Shown piece after piece: positions 24,350 through 37,700 of a DNA stretch of 64,000 bases. How positions within the stretch are numbered: position 1 is the first letter of the stretch; every line of letters begins with the position of its first letter. The notes under the pieces are model-generated. The model had not been told where the DNA came from. It worked only from the letters and a program-made list of their open reading frames with translations, and made no database searches. The DNA comes from Raillietiella orientalis (Eukaryota): contig JAYWIR010000046.1 of NCBI GenBank assembly GCA_036172245.1, positions 744,001 through 808,000 of the forward strand. The letters are read 5' to 3'. A program made the translations under genes and the position numbers.

Positions 24350-25165
24350 ATTCCTTGGATTCTGTACGACAAAAGCGATATACTATGAGTTCCAGAACTA
24401 CATTCGAGGAATGCATTCCTAGATCTACACACAGGGATGTCTTCTTGGAAAAGCAAGACACTTAGAAAAGCTCAGCTACTATTCCATATTTCAGAGGTCG
24501 CCGTATCATGACCACTCTGCACTCTGTTTGCATCTTGGCTGATCTCAGATACTCACCGCGCTGCCCCCAGAAGAACGGAAGTGCCTTCACCGGACCAGCA
24601 AATTGCCACCTGAATGACTTGCACAACTCTGCCTCTTGAGCTTCCTCATTCGTAAGCCTGGTTGGGACTTGATGATGCAGCTTACATACACTATGGTACC
24701 AGATGGCAGGACGAACTCTCCGCGAGGAAGATGAAATCCACGTAGCCATGAAGCTCCGAGTGCCTTTAACCTCATGATCGTAGCCCGCTCCGTGATGAAG
24801 TCCCCTTCGCAGAAAAGGGAGATCATCTGAATGGCAGCCGTCTAGATGAGGACGGCCACGAGGTAGCCTCACCTGCAAGAAGAGGTCGCCAGAGAGATGG
24901 CCAGCACTCAGCGCCAGCTCTCGGAAGAAAGGAGAAGCCGAAACCAAAGACTTTTGTCCATTTTTTTTACTTTATTCATTGCCCCTTCTTCCCGTTTCGA
25001 ACTGCCTTAGAAGCTGCCCTGCGAGCTGGTGGCCATCCCCAGAAAACTTCATTTTTTGTGTGTGTTGTCATGTCATCGTATTTTTGTATCTAAGGGTCAC
25101 CATTCCCTCTGACTTGTGGTGTATTTATTTTTAAATAAATGTCCCAGCGTGACCGGGCACAAATG
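24350..25165 (+). mobile_element. CCHC retroelement 3' fragment
   Basis: 24790-24950 is clearly similar to 45380-45540. Terminal motif AAATAAATGTCCCAGCGTGACCGGG at 25133. Confidence 0.7.
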
Positions 25166-26306
25166 AGTATCTTTTACGCTTTTTGGCCTTGCTCTGTAGT
25201 CCTCTCTTTGAACTGGTGACCTTCGTCGTGTCACTGCACACCTACGATGACGCCAAGAGGCGCAAAGAAAGGGAAGAGCCTTTAGAAGGGCGACGCATGT
25301 AGGAGCACTCCGCCACAATGGAAATTCTACCGCTTGCGGACCGTGATGACTGATTGTGCTAGAAGACGTCAAGATGCCGGAAGCACCCCGGTGAAAACGG
25401 AAAGGCAATCCTCTGGAGCGAACTCCTCAATCTCTAGGAACGCAGCCCTTGAGATCAGCAGTGACGATCGAGAGCTCCAGAGGGCGACTTCCACAAAGTG
25501 AGCTCTTCGCGGATACAGACGGCAATTCCATCAACAAGTTCTGGTGGACATAATTGGAGCATAGGTGAACCTGAAGGCTTGCAGATCTCTTCTGATGATC
25601 TCTTTCTAGCGAATCCCATCAAGAAGCGAGAAACAGCAGGTGAACATCGGAAAGTGCTCCAAAGGGAGTTCCGTGGCTGTGTGGCTACGTGGAGCGTTGC
25701 GGCTGAACCGCAAGGCTCCACGCATCGTGGGTTCGAATCTCGTAATCCCCCGTAGAGGATCGACCCCAAATATGGGTGCGTCGAGGGTTTCGAGTCACCC
25801 TCTAGGACTCTGGTTGGCTCACAGGGGTAGGATGTGGCACTGGGATGACGCTGGCGCGTGTTGGAGACTGGGCACCGCCGTCGACTAGCTAGAGTTTGGG
25901 AGTAGACCCTCTGGGATCCAGACCCTCTAGGGGCCAGTTTGTGAGATGGAGTCGACCCCGATCTGGGGGTTGTACGTCCTCCAATCGTCTCGTGGAGTTG
26001 GCTCTCCCACGGGGATTTCCGCTGCAGTACGTTGCAAGCATGCTTCCTTCAAAGTTCCTTTCCGAGAAGAAAATCTAGAGGCCTCCTTCGGCGATTCCTT
26101 CGTAGAAGACTATGGAGATGAAGCCTCTCCCAAGAGTGAAGAGGAAACGCACTCTATCTTCTGAGAGTCTCCCTGGTCCCTCCGGGGGTTCTCCCTGTTC
26201 GAGCTACATGCACCCTCGAGTGGAGTTTAAAAACCTCGCGAGCCCCATTGGGCGGCATCGCAGAGACGATCCGCGATGCCTCTAGGGGCGCACAGTGCAA
26301 CAGCTC

Positions 26307-27338
26307 AATCTATTGGCCTTGTGGTTAAGGCTTCCGCGTGTGGCACCATGCGTCGCGGGTTCGAATACTTCGGCAGAAACTCTGACGCCACTGCGTTGTT
26401 GAGTTCCGAGTTTCTCCTGCAATGGCGCTAGTTGGCCGAGACATTCGGGCGTGGCACCGGAGGTGGATTAAGCCGGAGGCCCCCGATGAAGGCCGGAACA
26501 ATGGGAGTCGACCTTTGGGTCCTCCCAGGAATCAAGGAGTGGGGAGTCCCCCCCTCCTGTCCTGCAACGGAGAGCGGACCCCCCCCACCGGGGGACCCTC
26601 CGAGTCGTCGCCTCTTCACAGAGTGCACAAGGAAGCGAGAGCGATTTCCTGCGGGAAGCTGCAGCGCCCCTTCTGAGTTTCGGAAGCGTCCCTTCGGGGT
26701 TCTCTTCAGAGGAGTGAATAAAGGAGCGGTTCCCTTGCGGGTTCCCTCAGGAGAAGAAATTCCTACAAGCGGATCCTTTCCGGGTTCCCTTCGGAGAAGT
26801 TGAAATGAAGTTGAAATGGAGAGGACAGCCCCTCCCCATTGGTGGGGGGTGTCCCTCCGGAGAGAATGAGGAAGGAGATTCCCTTCGGGGTTCCCCTTCG
26901 GAGACAACCAGGGTGGGAGGTGCGATCCCCCCCGTCCGGGGGAATCCCTCCTCAAGCGTGAGAGGAACGGACTCCGAGCCCTTCCTGGATTCATAGGGCG
27001 GACCCCCATCCCGGGGTGCCCCCTATCCTGAAGAATTACACGTCCCCCTGCGGGTTGCCGCGGGCGGAGGGGCGTGGAAACAAAATAGTGTTTAATGTTT
27101 AAAAAAAAAGAGCCACGTGCGCCGCGAGGCACGCGACCGGCTCTGAGGTACTTAGCGAACCAAAAAAAGGAAAACTTTTAAAAAAAAAAAAAAAAAACTG
27201 AAAGAAAGCGAATAAGAACAGCAAAGAAAAAGAAGAACCCAAGGATTTCCATCGTCCTAGGCCAATAGTAACGATCTCCTCGTGGAGGTCGCTACGGGCC
27301 TTTAAAAAAAAAAAAAAAAAAAAAAAAAATCTATCGGC
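26307..27338 (+). mobile_element. tRNA-headed SINE-like element with poly(A) tail, apparently carrying a nested repeat (26425-27255)
   Basis: A-box-like TGGCCTTGTGGTTAAGG, B-box GGTTCGAATAC, a 3' stem-loop, then A26 at 27304-27329. Flanked by AATCTATTGGC / AATCTATCGGC. Confidence 0.6.
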
Positions 27339-27899
27339 AACGCACGCAATTTTCAATCCTCTCTGCTAGGAGCTATTACCTCACAAAGCCATCAAATAGA
27401 TCGATAACTGTCTCCAGGAGGGTGCTAGACTCCAGTTCTGAGCTCCCTACCACAATGTTACGGTATATGCGCACTGAATGAAGAGGATGTGACGCAATCC
27501 TGACAGAGATGAAATCTAAATTACATCCATATTCTTCTTCAAAAACGGCATTCTTGTCGAAAATGACCAAAGCAACCAAAATTGACCATGTCTGCGTCCG
27601 AGTTCTTCGACAGTAAGATCTTCCGTCTCGAGTTTGCATTCCGCCTAGAAACGAAGTTTTTTTTTTGTGAGCAAGAAAAAAAAGTACTGAGATAATAATA
27701 AACCAATACTTGGAAACGGAGATTCCTAATTTTCAAGAAACCGAATTCAACCACGCTTCGTTTTTGTGTTGGCTTGAACGCCGAAAAGAATCTACCTTCT
27801 TGCGTCCTTCTTTCCCCACGTTCGCGTCTGTGTCCACAAACAGCCCAATAAAGATAAGTGTCTTCCGGAAACTCATTCGAGTTAAGATAGCGACGCTCA

Positions 27900-29100
27900 G
27901 TTAGGGTAAGTAACGTTCACTCGGAACTGAACTTCCTGCATAGAGACGATTGCAGAGTTTCGATTCATCCACTTGAACTCACAGTTTGCCTCATAACAGG
28001 CAAATCAGAGGAATTGATCTCACTGGTGGTATAAAATTTCAAAACCATGGATAGAACGTAAATTTACCGGACTTCTTGGATTCCTACATCATCTGTTAAT
28101 AGCCACAACTTCAATGTCCTTCACGAGCGTGGAATGAACTTCACGAACGGTCTGAAGTCAGCATCAGAACACTAAGAAAAAAAATCATCCATCTTCATGG
28201 AGATAGATGGCATTCTATTTGTTCCTCTGCAATCCTTCAGCTCGTTTTCTTCCTTTTCTTTCCCTTTCTTTCTTTTCTTCCTGGGGTTTCTTCTTTCTTT
28301 ATTATTTTCATGTTTAAAGAAATTGTTTCGAAGAAGAGATCCAGATTCAAACGCCCCCAGGCAATACAGTCTGCCCATATCCATCTACCTCCTGAAACCA
28401 TAAATTAATAATAAGGAAACAATATTGACACGGAAACATATGTATTGATTTGCTGCTCCGCTGGCATGTCCCGATGGCTACAACCAACCAACCATTCAAA
28501 AATTCTATAAAGCAAGAGAAGACCTCATCTTCAGCTTGGTCACAAAATTTGGCGTGCCCTTCAGTAATATCGGCTTTCCTCAGTTGACGTAGAATTGGTA
28601 TTTTTCGATTTCCTCAATTCATTTACCACTTGAGATTCACCACTCTTGACAAAAATCCATCCACAACAGTTTTCCTTTAGCAAAAAGTCACCGTCGCATG
28701 AACCATGGGTTCTGGAAGCACCTGAAGTATTTCTCTCCCTTTTTTCATCCCGAAGATCACGTGAATATTTTTGCAGCACAAAATCAATCGAAGACCCTTA
28801 GCCAACGCATCAAATGGATGGTTCTTTATAGAATAATGATGGCATCAAAGCATTCTGAGTGATCTGGTGCAACTCAAAGTTCGGCAAGTGTTTATAATTT
28901 GATAAACGCTATGCACTATTTCATTATTTCATGAGGACATGCACTTCCCGTGTGTTTGAATTCCATTTGAAATACGGGATCCAACCTAGAAATTACTCAC
29001 TGAGTCTTTTTCGTAAAGTTTTCCAAAGAGCAAGCCAATGTGTGCTTTCATTTTATTTGACGAACACATCACTGGTTGGTGATAAAAATACGCTGACGTG
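27900..29100 (-). mobile_element. Possible highly decayed Tc1/mariner-superfamily transposase
   Basis: Reverse-complement remnants in the expected order: FKHTGS (~28950), WFQ (~28395) and a frameshifted P.D..LWG-like segment (~28000). No intact ORF and no terminal inverted repeats seen. Confidence 0.35.
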
Positions 29101-29599
29101 ACCGTTTTGTGTGTAACAGTCGAATGTTTGGGTGTCCATTATTTTCAGAAAAAGTTTCAACCCTTTTTTTGTAAATTACCTTTACATTTATAAAATGTCT
29201 TGCTTGCTTTGAAAAGATAAACATGCAGACGAATAGAATCAGTTAAAAAACGAAAAATGGCACCCTACGAAGAGAATCGGCTAAAATTTCATGAGCTGAG
29301 TTTCCAAACTGAGATGAAAAAAAGCATATTCTTAGAACTAGAATAGGAAAACGTAGAGTTCAGTAACGTGAGGTCCCATTTCTATACGCACCACCATCTT
29401 CATTGACAACCAGCGTGTGATGAAATACAGAACCAAATTACTTCGGCACATTTGGCGTCCAAACTCTGCTACCCTGTCTTCAGCCTCATTTCAGCCGTTT
29501 TAGTCATGTTGAGATGTTGAGTCCGTGCCATCGTCGCGGCCCGTCATGTCTTGAAGACGAGTAACAACTCGGCTGTGAACTTGCCTCACCTCACCCCAT

Positions 29600-31350
29600 T
29601 TAGCATTGCATGACGGTACCAAGGTCTCATCGATCAGAATACGTGGTGACCATAAGCATAACCACATGGAACTGGAGAAGAGCTGACTCCATGGAAGAGG
29701 CTGGTGAGCCGGCAGATGAGGCAGACCTCTTGCAAGCTGAAGTCAATGATCTGCAACGAGGTTCGCAAATCTCTTTGATGAGGATGCGAACAGCTGCTGC
29801 CACCATAGTTCCGTGCATTGATACGAGATGGGACCGTTTGCGAGTCGGCATGCACTGGAGAGTTATTTGGGGCTTTTTTTCTCTATTCTCATGGGAAGTT
29901 TCCTTTGCATCTGTTCAAGAGATTCGCAGTAAGCAGTTTCGCACTGCAGCAGCGGTAGTTTCGATGTCGTTCCAGAAAGCGGCAACTCTGACCATCAGAT
30001 GTCTTGATTTACCTTCAAGGATTCACTGAGTGCATTCAATGGTGAATCCTGGATCTGTATTCAGAGCATCCCGAGAAATTTCTAGCTGGACTCCGAGGAA
30101 AGCTCTTTATCTCGACGTGAACGACCCAAGAGCAATTTGCAGCTCTTGAAAAGAGCTGTTTCACAACTTGAGCTTCGTACGGAAGAAACTCAGCACCAAG
30201 TCCCAAAGAGAGATGAAGCGAAATGGCTGTAGACATGTGTGGAGATTCCCTCGAAATTGGAACCGGCAGCAGTTGTTACCCAGGGAACGAGATGGCTCGA
30301 TGCTCCAACACGCAGCGAGTTCGTGCTCGTATGCTGCCCTGACTTGCAGCTGCGTCTCTTCCTAATCTCAATTCCTGTATCGCGACTTGGCCCTGGGAAG
30401 AATCAGAATGCAGGTGCAGTTACGAATGCCATGCATTCTGTACCAAGCTCTGGATATCTCCATGGTGTTGCGTGTGCCGGTACGCCCCATCCATGGGCGA
30501 TGCGCTGGCAGCGAAGGGCTTTTATCGTTGCTGCCGAGCTCTAGATATCGGCTGCCAGTATTCGGCTTCCGGCTGATGCGACTCGCCTCACTTCTGGAAG
30601 TCCAGCCGTCGTCCTCCTGCCGCCCTCGAAACTTCCGTGCTTCACCGCAGGAGGCGCTTGGTTCCTGCGCCGCGCAAGTGCAGATCGACACGGTGGAACT
30701 TTGCTCGCTGAGACATTTCCTCAGCCACCTTCTGGAGGAAGTGCTGAGTCACTCGGCAGGCAGGGATCGGCATCCCGACCGTCGCGCCCCTTGCCTCAGA
30801 GCTGTCTGCCCTAAGGGTAAGCGACGACATGCCACGTTTCCAGGAGAAGGGACTATGGCGGTGGAGCGAGCTGTTGATTGTGCCTCCCGACAAACTTGGC
30901 GTCCCTTCCTTGTGTTTGAACGCCTCGACGTTCCTTCCCCATAAACCAGGTGCGGCCGTTCCACACCGGGGATTCCTCACAGTGCAATCAGCGCCGGCAG
31001 CCCGTCTTCGGGAGAGCTGCTTTTGGACTGTGCACTGTGGCGGAGACCGTCTTCAGCGCTCCTGCACCAGGAGAACATTGCCAGGACCTGCTGCAGCGGA
31101 CTCGTGACAGATGCTCCGATCGCAACGAGATGCCGCAGTGCGCCGTGTCTTGGAGATCCAAGCTCAGCGAAGGGAGGTCTCCAGCGTGGCAGCCGCTTAC
31201 ATGAGGACGTCTTGCAGGTAGCCTCACCTAGAAAAGGAGATCAGAACAGAGACTGCCGGCATCCTGCGCTGGTTCTCCAGGGCCAAGGAATAACCATAGA
31301 CCCCTGTTCCCTACCCTCCCTTTGTTTATTTATTTGTTGTCTCTTCCCAC
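29600..31350 (+). mobile_element. Decayed non-LTR element: possible endonuclease end (SDH motif, ~29987) plus CCHC-family 3' part
   Basis: GGACTATGGCGGTGGAGCGAGCTG (GL.RWSEL) and AGGTAGCCTCACCTA (R*PHL). TCTGACCATCAG followed later by W is only suggestive of an APE endonuclease. Confidence 0.55.
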
Positions 31351-33302
31351 CCGTTCCGAACTTTGAGAGTGGCTGGCCTGCGTGTCGACGAATCCTCTTC
31401 TTGAACTTTCTGTCTTCCCCTGGGAATCCCGTTCCTAAAGTGCTCGCTCATTTTCCAAGCAAAAGCTTGAGGTTCGACCAGGTAAAAAATTGCGCAGTTC
31501 TCCACACCGATAGTTTCGAATCGGCGCCACTGATCGTTGTTGTGCTGGATGAAAAAGGGGGCAAGACGGAGCGTCTCTCTAGAAAGAGACCACAAGGAGC
31601 ATCTCATTGGGGAAAAAAGCGAAGGAAGCTTCTTGGACTCTTCTTTGAGATTCTGGCTGACTGTTTTCCCAAAGGGAACATTTCGTAAGGAAGGGAGTCG
31701 CCGATTTCGGTAGAGTTTGCGCAGTCGACGTACGATGGCCTCTGGAGTTGCCGACGTTTGAAAAGAATGCCTACGATTCACAGGATTTACGCCTAAAAGC
31801 AGATTCCCTTCCACCTGTTCCTCCTTCCGCCAACATGGAGAATTTTCTTCAAGTTTGAAGGTCACACACTGACCTAGGACAGGATGGAGCAATACTTCTT
31901 CTGAAGAGCCAACCCAGGATTCAGGACTCCGCGCTACTGCTGGCATCCTGCGAAGCCTTCATCCCGCCTGCTCTCTCATTTCCCACCCAACCACCTAGGA
32001 TGCTAGATAGGTGTGGCCTTTGCCCCAGGGAGCTGTACGCAACCGTCCTGTTGTTATCATGCATGGGATGATTCGAAACTGCGATCCGGAATACGAGAGA
32101 GCTTCAGGACGATTATGGTCAGGCTAGCTCGAAACCCCTTCCCTGAACCACCTGCACCTCCCTGAACGTCTCGGGAATCTTGCTTAGCCAGGAGGGAGAC
32201 CTGCCATCACGGTTGAACCTTCACCCCTCTCCCTTCCTTCTGCTCCTTTCTTAGTCCCATCCCAAATGAGGATTCATTCCCTCTCGTTTCTAACCAGCAC
32301 GTGTCTATACCTTGCAACATTTTTATTTAGTACTTCAAATAAATCATCCATGGAAAGAAGGTTGCTCTGGGGCATCTTGTTCGAGAAAATAAGCACGCTA
32401 TGCAGGACGCATGTTCCCACATCAGTCGAGAGCCCAGAAAGCTCGTCGCCAGCTCGCACGAAGTCTGGAGACCAGCAGGAGGGAGACAATGAAGGATGAC
32501 CCTGTGAGAGGAATCAGTCAAAGTAGGGACCTGCGTTCCTACCTAGAAACGCCGGGGAAAAGGGAAACCACAAAATGATACAAACCCTCTCCCCCTACAT
32601 GGGACGGAGACTCTCGGTGGAAGGGACGCCAACCCTCAGGTCAGCTGCGAGGACCGAGACAAAGGAGGGAGTGAAATAAGGTCGCTTATTTTGCCTCTTC
32701 GAACACCTTGTAGGGCCTATGCGAGACACAGGAGGGTCTTCCTTGGAGACCACTGGCCAGAGAAGGTCACCTCGTCACAATCTTCGATGTGGCAGCTGCT
32801 ATCCGGGGTGGCCTCCTGTTCCCTGCTCTCGGAGCCTCAATTAAGAGTCCGCCACCGCGATACCGCGGACGCAAAGCAGCGTTGCAGGCAAAAGACCACC
32901 ACGAAGCAAGTGACTGGAGAGTGCTCCCCGGACGCACGGACGCGGTCATTGGATGCTGCTTCTCAGTCGCAACGGACAAGGCCGCAGCCCGCCAGCAGGT
33001 GCTGGAACGATCCGATGGTTCCTCATGGAGCGCGCAGTTCAAGAGGGCGCGCCCCATAAACACGCGTGCAAACACGACGCTCTCTGCAGTAAACCACACG
33101 AGGGAGCAAAGAGCCTCTTCTCGTCATACCGCTTGAGAGGAAGCACTAGGACGCACAGGTACGAGGGGAGAAGGTTCCTCCAGGAGCACAATCGAAAGTT
33201 CCGCCTACATGAGCGGTCTCATTAACGGCCCCGTCCGTCCAGGAGTTTCCTTCCTTCTTCTTGCAACTGCGATCTCCAACCTCAAACTTGGGCTTTGATC
33301 AT

Positions 33303-34767
33303 CTAGGACCTCAACAGGGAACACGACCTTTGATGAGTGCGACGCCCGCAACCGGCACGAGAGCTCTCGAAGCAGAAGAACATCTAGACATCTTACGCTA
33401 GGAAGCATCCCGACCACGGCGAAGCCGAGTCCTCGCTTTGGCAGCATCTCTCATTCGGCCACTGCCTCTTCGACGGTTCGCCGACCACCCACCGCTTCGC
33501 GGACGCGCATCGACCGAACCGGAGGCCGGTGCTAGTCGCGCCCATCGGAGGCGCTTATGGACCGCACCTGGCAAGGGACGCGCGCGCTTCGGAATCCCGT
33601 CAGCCACCGCAGGCCCAGCACTCGAGCCACCACCCGTCGCCGCGAAGAATCGGCGGATGAAACAAAAATCTGCGAGCAGATTGCTTCCCGTCAGCTGATC
33701 CCCGGAGCGGATTCCGACCGATCCGGATACGGCGGGGAGGCGGGTGTCGACCCTGCGCGACGCAGCCCGTCCTTTCCAGGGCATCTCGGCGGTCCGAGCG
33801 GTCCGCGGCAAGAGGGAGAGGAGCAGACCCCGGCCTCTGCGCTGCTCTGCCTCCTGCTCGATGCGGTTCACCGCGTGGGATTCCAGCAAAGGCATGGGGC
33901 CGGAAAAAGTCCAAATTCAACGGGAGCGGGCCGAGAACCTCGGGAAGGAGGAGACGGGATATCATGCAGCAACGCTGCCCGGGAACGAACCGGGGCCAGC
34001 GGGCGGGAAGGAAATTCGGAAACACCGCCGCCAGAGAGGAAGTGTGGAAAATCTCCTCCTTCTGGCGTCTTGCGCACCGCCCGCCGGCGAGAGTCTTTCT
34101 GTGGCTGTTGTTGCTGTGGGAGCAAGAGGGAGACTTGCCACCTACCGGAGGAACCCCGTTTCCCCTTCTGACTCGGAAAATCTCGGCTGAGAATTCGGGT
34201 CCTGCACGATCATCCGCTGCTTTCTGCGGCGACGCGCCGCGCGATCGGTCTGGAACGGCAGCAGTGCTGGTCAGGGACGTTTTCGGACTCGGCAGGAAGC
34301 CGGAGGAATGCAGCAATGCTGCGGCGGCAGAGCGCGCGTAGAGTCGTCCGTCAATCCCTCGCAACCCTCGCGCAAGGGAGCCTGAGGATGCGGCGCTCAA
34401 AGAATAAGCCAGCGCTCGCGCCGCCAGAGCGGGTCTTCGCAATCGCAGGCCGGACCGCTCCGAACGCTTCACTACCCGGGCACCATCTCAGCACGGGGTC
34501 ACGATGTCCTATGATCGAAATGGCGACTTTCCGTGTCGGCGTTTGCGAAGACAGGCGCGGTGCGCTACTGTCGTGCGAAAGTTTGCCACGGGCACGCGTT
34601 CGTAGATTCGAAGAGCCACCGACTCGAACGTGGAGCTGGTGGAATCCGTCTCCCTCCCGGGAGAAGGGTTATCCTACAGGCTGGACTCCTGGTTCGCCGG
34701 CACACCCGTCCTCCAGAGGATCAGCTAGGAAAGCGCTCCGAGCGACGACTCAGGGATGGACACGTGC
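33303..34767. repeat. Copy B (inverted) of 4913-6377
   Basis: Reverse complement of copy A, from CTAGGAC to GACACGTGC. Confidence 0.97.
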
Positions 34768-37700
34768 TTTTTACAGATGGCAGATGGTCCCCGTACTGAT
34801 GCGAACCAATTTCAGTTGGTCCATGCGCATCTCAGAGCCGTGGACTGGGCTGCACATCGATGCCGGAGTGAAGGAAGATGACTCTTGAATTGAGCACCCT
34901 CAATTAGCAGCGTAGCGAGCCTCGTGATCACAAAATCCTGGGCAGAAATCTCTCGAAAAGGGCTAACAGCGGCTCACTGGATCTTCTGGCGAAGAAGACC
35001 CTAGTGAAATGGATTGAGTCATGCGAGCGGATCTGGAAATTCAAATATGTTTTCTCTCTGGGTCTAGCTCTCGAATGCCCTGGCCAGAGGAAGAGTCAGT
35101 GTCGAAAACTGCCGGTGAATGGGATCATGGGCGAACACATCGGTGTTGCTTTTCATCCATCTGGACATCAGCTATAGAAGTTCATATCTTTCAGTTCGTG
35201 AAGGTATGACGGTGTGGTCCTGATGGGAACCATAAGCGCGATGCACCAGCTCCAGCTTTTCATCTTGCTCGAAAGCAACCACTGGAGAAAGCGGACACCT
35301 TGGCAAGGCTTGTTCGATGGTGCACGCAATGCGTTTGGAGATTCCTTGTCTTTCCTCACTGACCGTGTCGCTACGGCTAAAATCTCATGGTGAGATCTGT
35401 TCCTTGGCGATGCATCAAAGCAGGAATTCATGTGGAGTTGCATCTATCTTTCTTCGAGAATAGAAGGCAGTCTTCTTTGGAAGCTTAAACGAAGCATTTC
35501 GGAAGAATCGAGTCTCGAGAAGACGTGCACGTACCACCCGCTGCTTTGCTGAGTACCAATCAAAAGAGACACCAAGTTAATTCCGGTGAACCATCAAAGA
35601 CAGTTCCGGCTAATCACGTGCTTTGGACTCTAAAAGAAACTTGATGTTGGCTCCCAGACTCCTCAGGATTGATCTGCGCCGTGATTCAGGCATTGCACAT
35701 TCCTCTTTCATTTGCCACAATTGCAAGGAGCTACAGACTGCTCGTTTCTAGCACTCGTCCTCTCGTCTCAAGGTTGGCACCACCTGTTAGACGACTTCAC
35801 TTGCCCCGCTGTCTTTCCAGCTCCAGTACACTGGATGCAGAGCTACAATTTTTTACAAAAAGGATTTCTGGAAACTGGCTAATTCTCACAAGCAAAGGGT
35901 CCTTCTTAAGAATATCCCAGATGTGATGTCAAAGAGCTTTTCCAAGAGCAGGTCGAGGTCAAAACTAAATGCGGACGGATGCCATTAACCAATTTCCAAA
36001 AACAGAAACGGAATCGAAAGTTGCATTAAAAAAGTAGAATCACATGGAAAGGGATGATTAGAAGTCGAATCATTGATTAGAGTGCAACAGTAGTGAAAAA
36101 TCAGCAAAGGTAAGAGAGGAAGTATGCTGCAAAGATACTTTCTTCTGCAGATGTTTGAAAAGTCAGTTTCAAGGTTATGTTATAATTCACATGCATCGCC
36201 TTTGATATGTGTGGAACGGAATAGCCTTCAGCTATAATTACGGGTTGGTTCAGAACTTTTTATGACAGCGAATTCTTTGCAAGAATGAAAGCAGATTCAG
36301 GAATTTTTGCATGCTGATTACAAGTTTGGAGTTTCACTCTGGCGCTGAGAAGGAGAGCTGAGTTTTCAGTAAAGTCCTGATGGACGAAATTCCGGATTGT
36401 AGATCTGCTAAGCATCTTGAACCCGATAGAAATCACCATGGATACATCTTGAATGTTCTGCCTAATCATGGAACGATTTCACCCAGTAATGCAATTCAGC
36501 TCTCAGAAAAGCAGTCATGACAATAACTGCTGTCTTCTCTCTTGGTACACGTACGAACTTCGTAGCTCTTTAAGCCCAATATAATACTCATACCATACAG
36601 CACCACCATTTTTAAAAAAACAAAAACAAAAGCAAGTAGATCTTTATTTCATTGTGATTTCAACTTCATTCTCATGAACCTTCCATCATAGAATGAATAT
36701 TCTATGATGGAATATATTCATCCTCCTCGTTTGATCAGTTTTTCGACTTGAGTTTTTTTGATTTTTCATAGCTCAGTTCTATTAGTACAAGAAGCATCTC
36801 AAAAGTAAGAACCGATCGGACGTGAAGAACAAATACAACATACAAGAAGCATTTCAAAAGTAAGGGAGGATCGGATACAAATAACAGAAACAAAAATGCA
36901 TGAGCGATTCTGAAAACATACATCCCCGTGTCATTTTTCTACGTAGTCACCATTTGTTTCCAATCACTTTTGATACCGTGGAACAAGCTTTTTGAAACCC
37001 GCTGAATAAATTGCTGAACCGCAACTTCCCCTTTATTTTACGGAATTTCTGGAAAAGAAGAGCCCACAAACCACAAAGAGCAGCACAGCATCTGCAGACA
37101 GAAGAAAAACCTCAGAAAAAAACGAAACGAGGATCCTGGAAACCGCTGTTCATGGAGACTCTACGCGGACCGCATCTAGTCGATCCACGGCAGGGAAAGA
37201 GGAAGGTTTAGACAGGTGGGAGATGTGGATTCGAAGCGAGCACGAGGATGGAAGGAACCGAATGCCGTCCCTCTGGGAAGAAGCGCCGCCCAGCGTGACT
37301 TCCAAGGCGGTGTGCGAAAGTTCAACATGGCCTTGTTTGGGAATGACCCTGCTTCCCGCAACTCCGCTTCTCGCAATAGAGAAGCGTCTGTTGCACAACG
37401 GAACAAACTGATGCCACTCGATTAATTCGCTGCGGCGACGACCCAGGATGCCTGCCAGGTGAACGCACCGTTTGGCAATCGGTGGAATCCCGCGGGCGCG
37501 GTGAACCGGTCGCTCAGCACGCACCAAGGCCAGCTGCATGCGCGGTTCCCGGCAGCACATTCGCTGGACAAGGCGCACGCCCGGGGCCAACGCGATTCGG
37601 ATCCCACATCCGTTCGGGAGATGCCTCGCTTAGGATCCCATTTTTCAGAACGCGCGCGCGTACACCAGACTGCGTGCCAATAAGCACCTCGAACCTGAAA

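Noticed and set aside
26305..26376. Genuine nuclear tRNA gene
   Set aside because: A and B boxes are present but I see no convincing acceptor or anticodon stems. Better explained as a SINE head.
34770..35800. Gypsy-type reverse transcriptase fragment on the - strand
   Set aside because: Only one weak SPV...W.WC-like motif, too little to call by eye.
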